From Azolla caroliniana (taxonomy: Eukaryota; Plantae; Polypodiophyta), in assembly GCA_043228905.1 (NCBI GenBank), contig JBHGNT010000008.1, forward strand, positions 6,324,001 to 6,388,000: 64,000 nt of DNA, read 5' to 3'. Below the pieces are notes generated by a model. It saw nothing but the letters and a program-made list of their open reading frames with translations, was not told the origin of the DNA and made no database searches. Shown piece by piece: positions 28,763-41,353 of this stretch. How positions within the stretch are numbered: the stretch's first letter is position 1; each line of letters begins with the position of its first letter. The position numbers and the translations under genes are program-made.

Positions 28763-29315
28763 TTTGTTAATTGTTATCTAGATCAAGGTTGACTGCACAT
28801 CGATCAATCACCATCAATCAAGAAGAAAACAAAAACCAACAAAAGAACCATTAGAAACATGAGCTCTAATACCAATTGTTAGAGCGATGGTCTAACGTAA
28901 GCATATGATAAGGATATAAGATGTAAGAATTAAGAAAGGTGAGAGAGAAAGAAGAGTGTCGGTCCACCCGACCACCCCCGAGCGAAGGGATCGAGACGAA
29001 CTCAAGCCTCGATCGGCGTCCCATACCACCGTCGTGGTGTCGAGTCGTACCTGCTCGTTACAAAAGTTGACCCACCACGAAACAGAGTCTCGACATAGTC
29101 AAGAGATGAAATGAGGGTAGCTAGGCCTCATATTTATAGTGAGACCCAAGGCCCCCAGGCCAATTCACACTTGGCCTAATGGGTTGTCTCAATCCGGAGG
29201 ATTAAAAGTAATCCTCCCTTCTTTACACTCTCGTTTAACCCTCACACTTATCCATGTGTATAGAATACTACGGTAAATTATCACCACATGATATTATATG
29301 GTCATGCCCGTAACA
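28763..29315 (-). mobile_element. Inverted copy of the Gypsy LTR + PBS + leader start
   Basis: Reverse complement of ~15936-16489: LTR 29315-28877, PBS TGGTATTAGAGC 28874-28863. Confidence 0.92.
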
Positions 29316-30363
29316 GCAAAGCAAAGTCAATACATCATTTTCCACTTGAATACAATGGTAACCTACCACCTCTTGGGGTTTTTGCCTTCATTATTGATCA
29401 TTGGATTTAGAAATGATTGTTGTTAGTTATCACAAGGGTCAAATGCTACCAAGGTTATTTCTTGTCATATTATACATGTAGAAGGATAGGCACCATATGG
29501 ACATATGTTAGGTCATTGGTAAAATGAGAATGACGAGGATGTGTTTACCACCTAATGGCTCATGGATTATCTTTGTGGTCAACCAATACTACATTTAATA
29601 GTTTCTTTACATTGGTATGACCCATAGCATCTAGGACTCCACATTTTTTGTCCTAGCACATGGTACGTAAGGGTATGGAGTGTATACATTCTACTTTTTC
29701 TAATAATCGTACACACATCGACTAGAAACACATGGATAAACAAACTTGGCTTCACATCATGCATATTTATACATAATTAATGGATTGTTGTTGTGTGGAT
29801 GCACATAAAAGTTATAAATGAATGGATGCATTCATTTTCACATAATCAAGTAAAACTTTGCCCCTTCCTCAACGAAATATTCATATGAAATCCAAATTCA
29901 ACTCAATATAGTCTTTCCATGTCTCTAATATGATCGTCCTTATGACTGGAGAGCATTATGTGGAATCATATTTCAGTCCCCCTTGGTGGAAGTATCATCA
30001 ATTTCTTTTAGTTAGGTGGGATTGTTGCATCACACTTCACAATATTTAACACAACCCATGCAATTAAAGTACATTCACTATTTTGTCGTAAAGCAAAACT
30101 CCAACTAATTGATGATAAGTAAACCTCTAAAACATAGCACCAATAACATCAATCATACGAATTGATCAACTCGGATGGCAACAAAAGATGATGCAAACAC
30201 TTAACTTTTTCTTTTTTTGTACATATTAACAAGTCCTTGAGGACATTTTTACAATTATATTGGTTTATAGATAAACTGCAAGGTTCTTTCTAATTTATAT
30301 TTGTCATTTTGTTCTTTAGACTTTGTTGGTTTTGACTTGATGTAATATGTTACTTAGATGCAA

Positions 30364-30483
30364 ATAACAAAAGCTTCAATTCTAACCATCCGAACAAATA
30401 AACTAAGTGGTGATACAACATCGATAACAAAAGCTTCAATTCTAACCATCCGAACAAATAAACTAAGTGGTGATACAACATCG
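30364..30483. repeat. Exact 60-bp tandem duplication
   Basis: ATAACAAAAGCTTCAATTCTAACCATCCGAACAAATAAACTAAGTGGTGATACAACATCG x2. Confidence 0.95.
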
Positions 30484-31804
30484 ATCCCAAAATGCACAAG
30501 AGAACAAAAGAGAAACCAAAGTCTTGAGTCTTTTCCACCATTAAATTATTCCAAGTTTTCTCCAATTGCAACATAACATTTTCCATTTATCTTTCTCTAG
30601 ATACTTTTTTCTAATTAATACAAATTGAGCTTCAAACTAATTATTGCATGACTTCATACACTTGTTTCATTGGACTGGATACAAGTATCCATGATATGTT
30701 CAAAGTAACACCACATATGGAAGTCATAATTTCGAACATATGAAACAAGGAAGACAACATCTTTTTTCCTTGTAACACCATGCGTGGAAGTCTCTCACTA
30801 TAAAGAGGAAGGGGGGGGTAGATGGTGAATGTTAATTATAAACATGTCTTAGATGGTTGCCATGTGTCAATATCACCTTTTTGCATATATGACACTCCTT
30901 ACCATAATTGTACATCACAATCAAGAAGAACAAGTCCCAAATATCTCATGAGATATGCACTTTTAATGTCTAAGGTTTCTTGTCCATGTTTCTACATAGT
31001 TTTTTCTACTTTCTTTCTCCTCACATAACCACCACTCCCTGGTGTTTTGGAGCAACTAACCACACCATCACACCTCTCTTTCAAGCCTTTTCCCCATGGT
31101 CAATGAATGAGAACTCGATAAGTGTCCTTTTCAAGGTCAAACATAAACAACCTATATGAATGTAGGTTTTGCTATTGACGATTGCACTATCTCAACAGCA
31201 CATGAACTCACAAACTCAAGGTTATAAAAACCTGAGTTTTCAACCACCATGCGAAAGGCTTCCTGTCCTTTTATTAGAAACAAGAAACCTAAATCATGTT
31301 CAATAGCATCAGATTTCAATCCAAAAGATGGTGTTAAATAAACATACAACAAATAAGTCTAAAAGAAACTGCATTAAAAATTGGGATACCTCCAAGGCTT
31401 GCCAAAACCTTTTCAAAGTTGAAACATGATAAACTAAGGATTGTACAAAAACAAAGAAAGTAAAGGTTGCGGTGACCATGGTTTGTTACATTTATATACA
31501 AATAGTGCTATCCATTTTTTAATAAATTTCAAAATGTTTCACTTAATTTTTTCGTCAAAATCCGCCACTTCATGGTATAATTAAGAGAAACAATGGTTGG
31601 ATATCGAATGTAATTACACAGATGTTCATGGGTATAGCACATGTGTCAAGGATTACCACACTTCATGGTATGATTAGGCGAAGTAATGGTTGCATATGGA
31701 ATGTAAGTGTATGCAATCGCCATGGTTTGTCATATAAATGTCATGAAGGATAAAAGCATTGTATTATATGAATTCATCGAAGAGTGGTAATCATACCTTA
31801 GATG

Positions 31805-33201
31805 TCAAGAGACGAGAGGCCAAGCCAAGTTATAGCCATGTGGTCTATAAATTCTACTATCAGGCCATGTATCCTCCACAATGAATCCTCTACTCGCCTC
31901 AGTCCAAGCCCCATTATCTTCAACCATTTCCGCTAGCATGAACCTCATCTTTCTAGGGCTATGTGATCTCTCTGCTTCTTCTTGCACTTTAGTAGACACA
32001 ACCAAGAATTCATCTATAGTGAGCAATTGATTGAACCTTCCATCCTCTTGTTCAATCACAACTGGAGATAACCATTCTAGCTTTGGCACGATGTACCATT
32101 TGTTGCCATTGTGACTTCGACTGTGGGCAAAGTCAAGAAACCCACTACACCTAGTCCACCATCCCATCCAATGATCTACATTGAGCTTAGCATTTTTATT
32201 AATTTCATTGGAAACATTCACAAATGACTCTGTATAAGCCGACTTGGAAGGTTTACCATACTCCGTATGAAGCAAATGACACCACAGTTCATGCTCATAG
32301 AACAAGTAACCTTTTAAGAGAGCCCGTGGCGAGACTTGTAGACTTCTTGCATGCTTTTTATTACTCTGTTCTTCAACTTTGCGGTTATGACCCATTGAGG
32401 GTGGCACAAAAAGCTTCCATAGCATAGATGCTGCATGGTCATTGCATGCTAGGTCAACTTGCTTCATTAATCGTGCTTTCCGATCATATAATGTCTCTCC
32501 AACATGTGGACCTAAAAAACAGCCTAGGAATTCATTTCTGTGCAAGGTTTCCTTCATTGGGAACCTCACCTCTCCATCAATGATTTGACCTTTGAAAGTG
32601 AAATTAGACTGTACGGGAGCTGCATCTAGGGGGAATTCACTTAATGAACTTTTCCATGCAGCACAACATGGAGTTTTTATTCCAAAAATCTCCCATGGCC
32701 CAGCATACAACAAAAATTTGACAGAAACTTCCCAATGATATATCCTAGTTTCTTCATACACTTCACAATCATCACATAAGTCTGAAGATCCACTCTCGAA
32801 ATATATAGAAATTTCGTTGACTGTAGTTTCTTCCTCAAACAGAAAATCAAACTCACCAATTGTATGAACTCGACTTTTGCCATATTTCTTGTCTATTATG
32901 ATGTCTTTTTTAGATTCATTTTTCTCATCCTCATCAATCAGTTCTTCATCCTTTGTTATTAACCTTTGAAATTCTTCACAAGGACTTCCTGCATTCAATT
33001 TGATAAGTACATGTCCTCCTATTTTTTCTGTCATCAATTCACTTAGTACTTTGCCCTTGTTTGGTATTTTGAGCTTTGATGCTTGATGAGATGGTCCAAA
33101 ATACTCCCTATGTGTTACCTGTTGAGATGTTAACAAATTCTTCACACGTGCCACAGGTGAGAAAAGCAGAATATATTCAACACAACAAGCAAAATGATCC
33201 C
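31805..33201 (-). CDS. DUF1853-like protein, exon 4 (last and largest)
   Basis: Long stop-free frame; acceptor CTCTGCTTTGTGCAG at 33202; motifs (G)DHFA, TIGEFDFL, HWEVSVKFLL, FLGP, LLKGYLFY, GWW, WYIVPKLEWLSP and RGFIVEDTWP match my recollection of the DUF1853 consensus. Confidence 0.85.
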
Positions 33202-34089
33202 CTGCACAAAGCAGAGATATGAAATTTATAGACTACATAGCTACACGAAACTCATTGAACGGAGTTCATCAAAATATCATATACAAAGAAACACTTGAAA
33301 TAATCCTCTTACCACTTTGATGTAGAAGAAAATTCAAACCACAATCATTCTGATTTACTAGCACCAAGGAGAGTGATTTTATCATTTTCCTATTTATTGG
33401 TAAGGTTATACCAGACATTAACAATCAAGTGTTATGATAACTTGCGATATGTTAGGAACTCCAAGCATAACCCACATTTTGAGCCAAGCATGATGAAGAA
33501 CTGGTGGTCTGGACTATATATCAACTTGGATGCCCCTAATACCATCATCTCGTGCACAAGGGTTACTATCTCAATCGGTGTGTAATGATGCAATATAGAC
33601 ACACCAACCTTGATAATTTGATGGTGTACGATGGGGGCTGATATGTGGTCAAACATATTGTACTATATCAGTGCAATACCATGCATGTTTGTCATGTGTG
33701 CGCAACATATTAGATATCCCTTGGTGGATATTGAGATCAGGACTTCATGGTACTTATTTCAATATCTTAACTGCCTAGACTATACATCAAGGTCACTTTG
33801 ATGCCATTGTCTAGCATTGAAAGACTTGTAATTGTCTGAAACTGTAAAATCAATGTGCAGCTAGGCAACAGCTTTAGCATCAACCACCCTACACGGTGCA
33901 CAAAAATTGTCACAGATATTCATGATCCAAAGTCCGCTTATAATTTGAATGAACTAGTTATCTTCAAAAGAATATCAGAAATATACTGATGATCTTCTTA
34001 CATTTATAGTCAAAGTAGGTAAAGTTATTTAAAAAAATTGCAAATTGAATAAAGAGAGAGAAAACCATGTTTTCTGGATCCTCCATGCG

Positions 34090-34590
34090 TGGGGAAGATA
34101 GTGGCAGATAGGGGAGAGTTGATCGCAAATGAAGCTATGGAGCTCTTTTGAACAATTAAGAGTGAAGCTCTCCCTCATGACTGCTTACAACCCAGAGGCC
34201 AGCGGGAAAATAGAGCGTGGGCATGGACCCGTAGTTAAGGCAATCATCAGAGCTTGCAAAGTACAAGTCAAAGATTGGCCCTGGTTATTGCCTTATACCT
34301 TGTGGGTCAACAGGACCACCCACAGTTCAGTGACAGGCTTCATGCCAGCCGAGCTCGTGTATGGACAAAAGTAAATGATGCACGTCGAAGAGACAATCAC
34401 GTCATGGGTAGCGATAATGTGGGAGAGCTTCACACAACAAGGATAAGACAACTCGAGAGAAGGCTAGAAGGTTTGGAGTTGGCATTGGGAAAGTTAGAAG
34501 TTGTTAGGCTCAAGTATAAGAGCAGGTTCGACAAGACGCACCGACTACGTCCCAAGAAGATCGAAGGTGACTATGTGATCAGGGGGTCTT
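34090..34590 (+). mobile_element. Ty3/Gypsy integrase fragment
   Basis: TAYNPEASGKIER, WPWLLPYTLW.NRTT.SSVTGFMPAELVYG. Confidence 0.8.
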
Positions 34591-34989
34591 GAAGGTGAGA
34601 CATCTTTATCGGAAATAGGAGATTCTGAAGCAGCTAGGATTTCAACCATGAACTCAGGTGAAAGACTAGAGTCGTCCAACTGAGACTCCACAAAATGAAC
34701 ATCCCTAGAATTAGGAATGGTGTAAGGGTTAGGAGTGATGTCAATAGGGCTGAGGAATACTCAGGATTCACCTTAGTATATGCTCTTTAGATGCAATAGT
34801 GGAGCTATGGTAGAAAAGATAGGGAGAGAGCAATAGTTGGAGGGGATCTGTATACATATCTGATGTTGTGCTTTAGGTAAGCACTTGGTGAGTACACTTG
34901 CAGGGTTCTGTGATGCTGCAAAAGAAGCATGCAAAGCCTATTAAAGTCAAAGGGGTAAAGCCTACAGATATAGACCAAGATTATTGGCA

Positions 34990-37900
34990 AGAGTTGAACG
35001 AGCTAGTTGCACATGACAGAGGGCACACCCATGTCAACTCACCTGATTGAGTTCAATTCCATTTTCAGCCAGCTAGTTGCCTTAAAATTCATCATTGGTG
35101 ATGAGTTTAAGGTCACGATTTTACTTTGCACCTTGCCAAAAAGTTGGGATACTTTCAGGACTGCTATGAGCAATTCAAATGTGATGCTTCTTTATGCCGA
35201 TGTAGAGAGTTCTCTACTCATGGAAGAGATTCGGCAAAACAATGCATCAAATAAGTCCTCTAGTGCGTTGCATACTAGGGGTAGGTCACAGCAAAGAGGC
35301 AAATTTGATAGTTATCGCCTTAGTAAATCACGTGGTAAAGATATAGAATGCCATCACAATGGCCAAAAGGGTCATCCTAAACATGATTGTTTCAAATGGA
35401 AGAAAGAGAAAGGAAAGGGCAAGAAGATAGATGATTGCATAGAAAGAGAAGAGAGACATTCAACCAAGGAAAAGCAATGCTAAAATTGAAGATAAATGTA
35501 GTCACTCATGACAGTGATAGTGGAAATGATGTACTCTTTGTCTCTTCATGCCATAGAGAACATGCTTTACTTGCAAATACGGATGGTGACATGCACACTT
35601 GGATACTCGAGTCCGGTGCAGTCCGGTGCTTCTTTTCAAGTCACCCCTAATCGTGAGTGGTTTTCAGATTACACAGGGGATCGACATGGTGTTGTCCATC
35701 TTGGGGACAACTATGCATGTGAAATTGCAGGTGTGGGATCCCGAGAAAAGAAAAATAGTACGCAGCAATGATGTTATCTTCCGGGAAAATGGCATGCATA
35801 AACCACCTGAAAAGACCAAGGAAGTACGTAGAGAAGAAATACCTTTTATACAGAAAAATGTGCACGCTGTACAGCAGCAAACACCTGCTGTAAATTTACC
35901 TGCAAATGCAGAAAATGAGGCTGGAAATGATCAGCCAACCTTTGCCCATAATGATGAGCCACCAAATGTGCAGGAACGGCTAGAACACCAAGCTGTTAAT
36001 GCTGATTTGCAAGCTGAAATGCCTAGACAGCGAGTTGAAAATGATGATTTGCAGGCTCAACAGCTACCAAACAATGAGCATTGGGTTAGGAGATCATCTA
36101 GAGTTACTAGACAGCCTGACAGATTTGTTCCTGATGCAAACAGTGTGGCTGATTATGACATGGTGACTGATTGTGGCGAACCGTCTTGCTTCAAGGAAGC
36201 AATGGACAGACAGGACAATAAGAAATGGTATAAAGCCATGTGGTCAGAGATGGAATCTCTTGAATAAAATGACACTTGGGCTTTGGTGCAGTTGCCTAAA
36301 GGGCAGAAAACACTTCAATGCAAGTGGGTTTATAAAATGAAGGCCATTTCTGATTCCTCGCCAAAGTACAAAGCAAGATTGGTTGCAAAAGGATACAAGC
36401 ACGAATATGGAGTTGATTTTGATGAGATCTTCTCGCCCCTGTAGTCAAGATGACTACATTAAGAACCATTTTGGGCTTAGTTGCAGCTAAAGATATGGAG
36501 CACATACAGGTGGATGTGAAGTCCGCCTTTTTACATGGCGATCAGCATGAAGACATATATATGCAGCAGCCTGAAGGTTTTGTGGCTAAAGACAAAGAGA
36601 AAATGGTTTGTAAGCTCAAAAAGAGTTTGTATGGGTTGAAACAAGCACCAAGAGAATGGCATCATAAATTTGATACATTAATGCAGTCTCAAAGTTTTCG
36701 TAGAAGTCAAGTGGACCACTGCTTGTACACCACGAAGGCAGGAGATGGCAGCCTGATTATCTTGGTTTTGTATGTTGATGATATGTTGATTGCTGGCAAG
36801 GATATTCATGCCTTGGATTCATTGAAGCAAAGCCTTCATGACAGCTTTGATATGAAGGATTTTGGTGATGCAAATCACATCCTTGGCATGCGAATACTCT
36901 GAAACCGCTCAAACGGGGAACTCTTTCTATCTCAGCAGGAGTATATCTCTAAGGTTTTGCAGCATTTCAATATGGAGAGGGGGAAAACAAGTGGGGTTCC
37001 ATTGCCTTCATATTTGAAACTCAGTGCAGAAAACAGCCCTATATCTGATGATGAGAAGGCTGAAATGGCCAAGGTTCCATATGCTTCAGCCGTTGGCAGT
37101 TTGATATATGCGATGGTTGCTACATGCCCTGATATTGCTTTTGCAGTGGGAGGGGTTAGTAGGTACATGGCAAATCCCGGCAAAAAGCATTGGGAAATGG
37201 TGAAAGGTATTATGAGATACCTCAAAGGCACAAAGGACTTGTGCATTTGCTTTGGAAAGCAAAAGGCATCTGTCGTTGGTTTTACGGATGCGGACTATGC
37301 TGGTCACGCAGACTGCAGAAAGTCTATTTCTGGGTATGTGTTTACTTTCATAGGAGCAGTCTCTAGGATCTCCAGGCTACAGAAGTGTGTTGAATTGTCT
37401 ACTACAGAGGCAGAGTATGTTGGTGCCACTGAGGCATGCAAGGAGGCTTTATGGCTTTCATATCTAGTGAGAAATCTTGACATTAAAGAGTTACCTATTC
37501 TTCATTGTGACAGTCAGAGTGCTATCATGCTAGCTCGGAATCCCGTCTTTCATGCAAAGACGAAGCACATACAGGTGAAGTATCACTTCATCAAAGATGT
37601 ACTTGACAGCAAGAACATTGAGCTTGTCATAGTACATATAAATGATAACCCTGCAGATCTTCTCACGAAGGGTCTTCCAGCTGTCCGATTTGCTCATTGC
37701 TGACAGATGATGGGAGTTGGATAGATGTATGTAGTTCAGCTTTGTACGTACTTGGACTTAGCTGACTTTCTTCTTCTTCTTCTTTTTTCCTCACGGCACA
37801 TTGCCTTTAGGTGGGAGGTGGTTGGGAATAAAGGGCCATCAAGCCTTTTATTAGTGCACGAGTGTGAACGCACACGTAGCACATTTTGACTTGTATATAC

Positions 37901-38043
37901 ATGTATATATCTAAAAACCAAAAAAAAACGGTACACTCTTTGTACCCAACACAGTGTGCATCTCTCTCTCTCTCCCTTTGTCTCTCACTCAGACTCTCTC
38001 ACTCTTTGGTTGACCTAAACCCTAATCCTCATGCTGCCCTTCA
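34990..38043 (+). mobile_element. 5'-truncated, internally deleted Ty1/Copia with 3' LTR
   Basis: Gag LLCTLPKSWD; most of integrase missing; RT LYVDDMLIAG and PYASAVGSL; RNase H FTDADYAG; PPT AGGTGGGAGG; LTR ~37820-38043 homologous to 45875-46097. Confidence 0.88.
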
Positions 38044-38492
38044 GATGCCTACATAATAGCTTTACTAGTCTATAAGGAATCTTAGCCTATGACCGACCCC
38101 CTTGGAGAAGAAGTTGAGGAACTACACGTGCGGAAGGATGCGAGAGAGCATGATTATGGCTATGGCTATGCGAGATGCTCGTGTTGCTGATCTATCTGAG
38201 TTTTCATCTTCATCCTATTCAGTTCATGATCTGTACTATCTTTCCATCTATGCAAATCATTCTCAAGAGAATGCATCTCATGTTGCCATCTCTCACCCTC
38301 TTCTTATATCAATGTGGTAAAACCTTCAATACATCATCAGTTCACCCAGCAAGCTTTCTAAAGCATTGGTCGCAGCCTCAGGATCATGGTTCAATCTTCC
38401 CTTCTTTGAAGCCTTGTTTCTCATCATCAAACTTGATGTCTTATTCAAACCTTGGCTATTACACAGGCGCACACATATTTCATCATCTTTCA

Positions 38493-39005
38493 TATATTGA
38501 TACATTGTGGGAATTGCATCGATTTATAATGCAGTGTTCCAAGGGGAAATAAGACGAGAAATCTATTGATGATCATCAATCTGAATTTTCTGCGGTATCA
38601 AATGGAGCTTCCCGGATACCACAGCCTATGCAAACAGGAAGTGATGCTGATGAGGAGGAGGTAGATATAGGTGATGACATGCCTGCTAAGGAGTTTCCTC
38701 CTATCGTTATCGAGAAAGAAACGGGTGCTAACGCAAAGAATAGCAATTACAGTATTTCAAGTAGTGGTTCTGGGTCTTCCTCAAGCGATTCAGTTTCTGG
38801 GAGTGATTCTGCGACTGATGATGGACGCTCTCCTAGGACAGCATCCAAAATCTCCTCTGCAAATAAGGTCTGAAAAACAAAGAGAGAGAAACCTCTACCT
38901 CAGATTGGATGTGAAAATTTGCATCTTTGCATCGTGAAAATTTGTGTGTTTTCAGTCTAAAGTGGATATTGATACTTCAATGGGCTTCATGAGAATTTGA
39001 TTACT
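38493..39005 (+). pseudogene. Captured 3' fragment of a GTE/BET (bromodomain-ET) gene, GTE2/7-like
   Basis: IDTLWELHRFI (end of ET domain), an in-frame stop, then EEEVDIGDDMPAKEFPPIVIEKE and a Ser-rich SSSGSGSSSSDS tail to a stop at 38873, then UTR-like sequence; no bromodomain nearby. Confidence 0.7.
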
Positions 39006-39039
39006 GATTGTGGTGGAGGCTGAAAGTGCCCTTCCTTGT

Positions 39040-40310
39040 GGAATGTCCCCACCGCTGGTGCAAGAACCACTTGCGGGTTTGAATCCGATTGGCTACCAAA
39101 GAGGCAGAGCCCCTGTCTATCCGGATGATGGGTTGAAAAGACTTGTAAACAAGTGGATTCCTCCTCTAGATTCAAGAAAAAGAAGGAAAAACAAGGACAG
39201 TCAGACAGCCGACCGGAGAGGGAGACGGAGGCGAACAGCCGGATAGTCGGTCCGACAATAGACGAACAAAGACGAAGGGCTGGACAGGCAGGAAGATATA
39301 CAGCAAACGGCACGCCATTTCGTAGTTGCCAGACCATGGAGACGACACGCACACAAAAGAAAAAAGAACAACATCAAAAAACCAATGGAAACAGGAGGAA
39401 GAACCCGCACCAGCCACAAGATGGGGAGCTAGAAGTAGGATCAACATGAACAGAAACCAGCAAACAAAGTGGCCGAGATAGATGATGTAAAGAAGAAGAA
39501 AATGAAGATAAAAGAGGCAAACAGAAGAAGAGGAAGATAGAGGAAGAAATCCTAGAAGGAGACAGAAAGAGGAAGAGAAAAAGCAAGACGGACAGAGAAG
39601 AAAGAAAGGATTTACAAGAGAGAAGGAATACAGGGGCATACGAATAATTTCACAAATTGGAGGGCATCAACAAGAAAAGAGAGGGCCATGCGAGGAATTT
39701 TAAAAACTGAAGGCCATCAACACAATTTTTAAAAACTTGAGGGCAAGCAATAAAATTCCAAAAAATCAAAGGGCATCAATAAAATTTTGTAAAATCACGA
39801 TAACTCACATAAAATAAAATAAAAACACACACACAACATTGTAAGACCTAAAAGAAAGTACCAAAGTTACCATGTTAGGGGATGTTCCGACCGAACGAGA
39901 GGTTCGTGTTGTTGAAATATAAGTTTGTGTTACGCGTGTTCCAGTCAAGGGAGTTCCGACCGTCACGATAGGAGATGACCGAGGGGGTTTTGGTCCAAGG
40001 TCCAATGTTCGTGTTTATTAAAGGCATGTGGGTTCAGCCATGCAAGGCACTGTCCCACCAGGCGTGTCAAATTATTGTGTTGTCTCTGTCGACCGACAAA
40101 GGGTCGGACGTCTTAATCACTAAGTCGTCCTATCAAGAAGATTGTGGTTGGAGATGGAATGTTTGTCGACTAGGATAAATGCTTACTCAGAACATCACAC
40201 AGACATTAATTACTCAAACTTGATTAATTAGATTATGGCATTCGATTATGATCGACTGTTAGTTATAAATATAATCTGTGTAATAGAGAAAACGAATCAG
40301 AACATCCGAC
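39040..40310 (-). mobile_element. Probable Gypsy (Tat/Athila-like) LTR plus PBS remnant
   Basis: Minus-strand PBS-like TGCACCAGCGGTGGGGAC at ~39062-39045; low-complexity noncoding LTR-like sequence upstream; boundaries uncertain. Confidence 0.35.
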
Positions 40311-41055
40311 ACAGTAAGTACTCTAACTACCAAAATTATATTATTAAACCAAAACAGACTGATGTTGATACAATGCTCTTGGCCCCTTTTTATAGGCAAC
40401 CTGAGAGACTTTTCCAAGATAATACACTTCCCTGTTTGGCAAGAACCTACAGTTACAGTAGCTGTTCTATTTTCTAAATTACTCTATTTTCTACTTTGGC
40501 AAAAATACAATATCGATTACTATCTTTTCACACTCTTCCAACTCTGACTCCAACTCCTCCTATCGACCTTTACATTTCGGGTAGCCAACCAGCTAGCAAA
40601 AACAGTGGTTGTATTTACAATCTTACTTTAATTTTTCGCCAATGTTTACACATGCCTAAGTGCACCACAGCAAAGCCGATTATATCTATCAAGTGTATTA
40701 AGTTTTGGTCCTATAACCTTCAAGGTATTCATGGACATAAACACAAATTTCATTTTCTTCTCTCATATTTGACATTTGAGGACAATAATAAACCTTTCTA
40801 TCTCTTTCTTTTCACCCAAACAAGGTTTCAGCCCACTAATACATGGTTTCTTTCTAACCCTCCCCAGGATGTTTTTTCATCGTTCAAGCTCTAATTAAAA
40901 CAACATACACATTTACTACGCAGCATGAACTGGCAAAAAGGCAAAGAAAAGAAAACGTTCTTCGAATTTTTTCAAGGAATATTCTTCCTGGATTTAAGGC
41001 ATAGGTTAGCTTGGACCTCTTTCAAAAATAAAATACCACATTAAAGGAGACATAC

Positions 41056-41188
41056 CTAGTCTTCTATTGTTTCTTTTTGTTTCAAACCACTCTTTGACAT
41101 GGTCCACCTCAATTGTAGCAAGCCATTTTGCAGAGTCAGACCAGTTTTTACATCCTCCACCAATCAAGTCAGAGCAAACCATCGGAAG
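41056..41188 (-). CDS. DUF1853-like protein, exon 3
   Basis: TTTTTTTGTAG|CTTCCG...AGACTAG|GTATGT; encodes LPMVCSD...AKWLATIEVDHVKEWFETKRNNRRL(G); phase-1 join to exon 4 gives RRLGDHF. Confidence 0.85.
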
Positions 41189-41292
41189 CTACAAAAAAAT
41201 GACACACGTCAAGAAGAATCTTAATTCAAGTTAGATGTAAGGTGAATTTAATTGTGCAGCATGCTACCAAATTCAATTCTCACTATATGTAC

Positions 41293-41353
41293 CTCAAGAG
41301 AGTCAATAAGTAATGGTGGGCTTGAAATCACCATACCAAGATCTCTAAGAAGT
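41293..41353 (-). CDS. DUF1853-like protein, exon 2
   Basis: AATAG|ACTT...CTTGAG|GTACAT; encodes LLRDLGMVISSPPLLIDSLE, like the DUF1853 N-terminal VRDLAW..SPPLL motif; 104-bp intron to exon 3. Confidence 0.85.

Larger units (their letters stand above)
15936..29315 (+). mobile_element. Chromovirus-type Ty3/Gypsy LTR retrotransposon, pseudogenised, with a nested Copia and an aberrant inverted 3' end
   Basis: 5' LTR 15936-16388; PBS TGGTATGAGAGC 16391-16402; gag remnant ~17985-18600; protease FLFDLGSSHNF (18682-19077); [22 protein letters not shown]; RNase H VETDASD; integrase (27022-28122); chromodomain IKW...DATWE (~28440-28530); PPT then partial LTR at 28571. Confidence 0.92.

Noticed and set aside
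33373-33656. Short ORFs as candidate upstream exons of the DUF1853-like gene
   Set aside because: No family motifs or suitable splice phases; the exons at 41.0-41.4 kb fit exactly.
40496-40894. ORF resembling a LINE endonuclease N-terminus (WSYNLQG)
   Set aside because: Too short and diverged to call.
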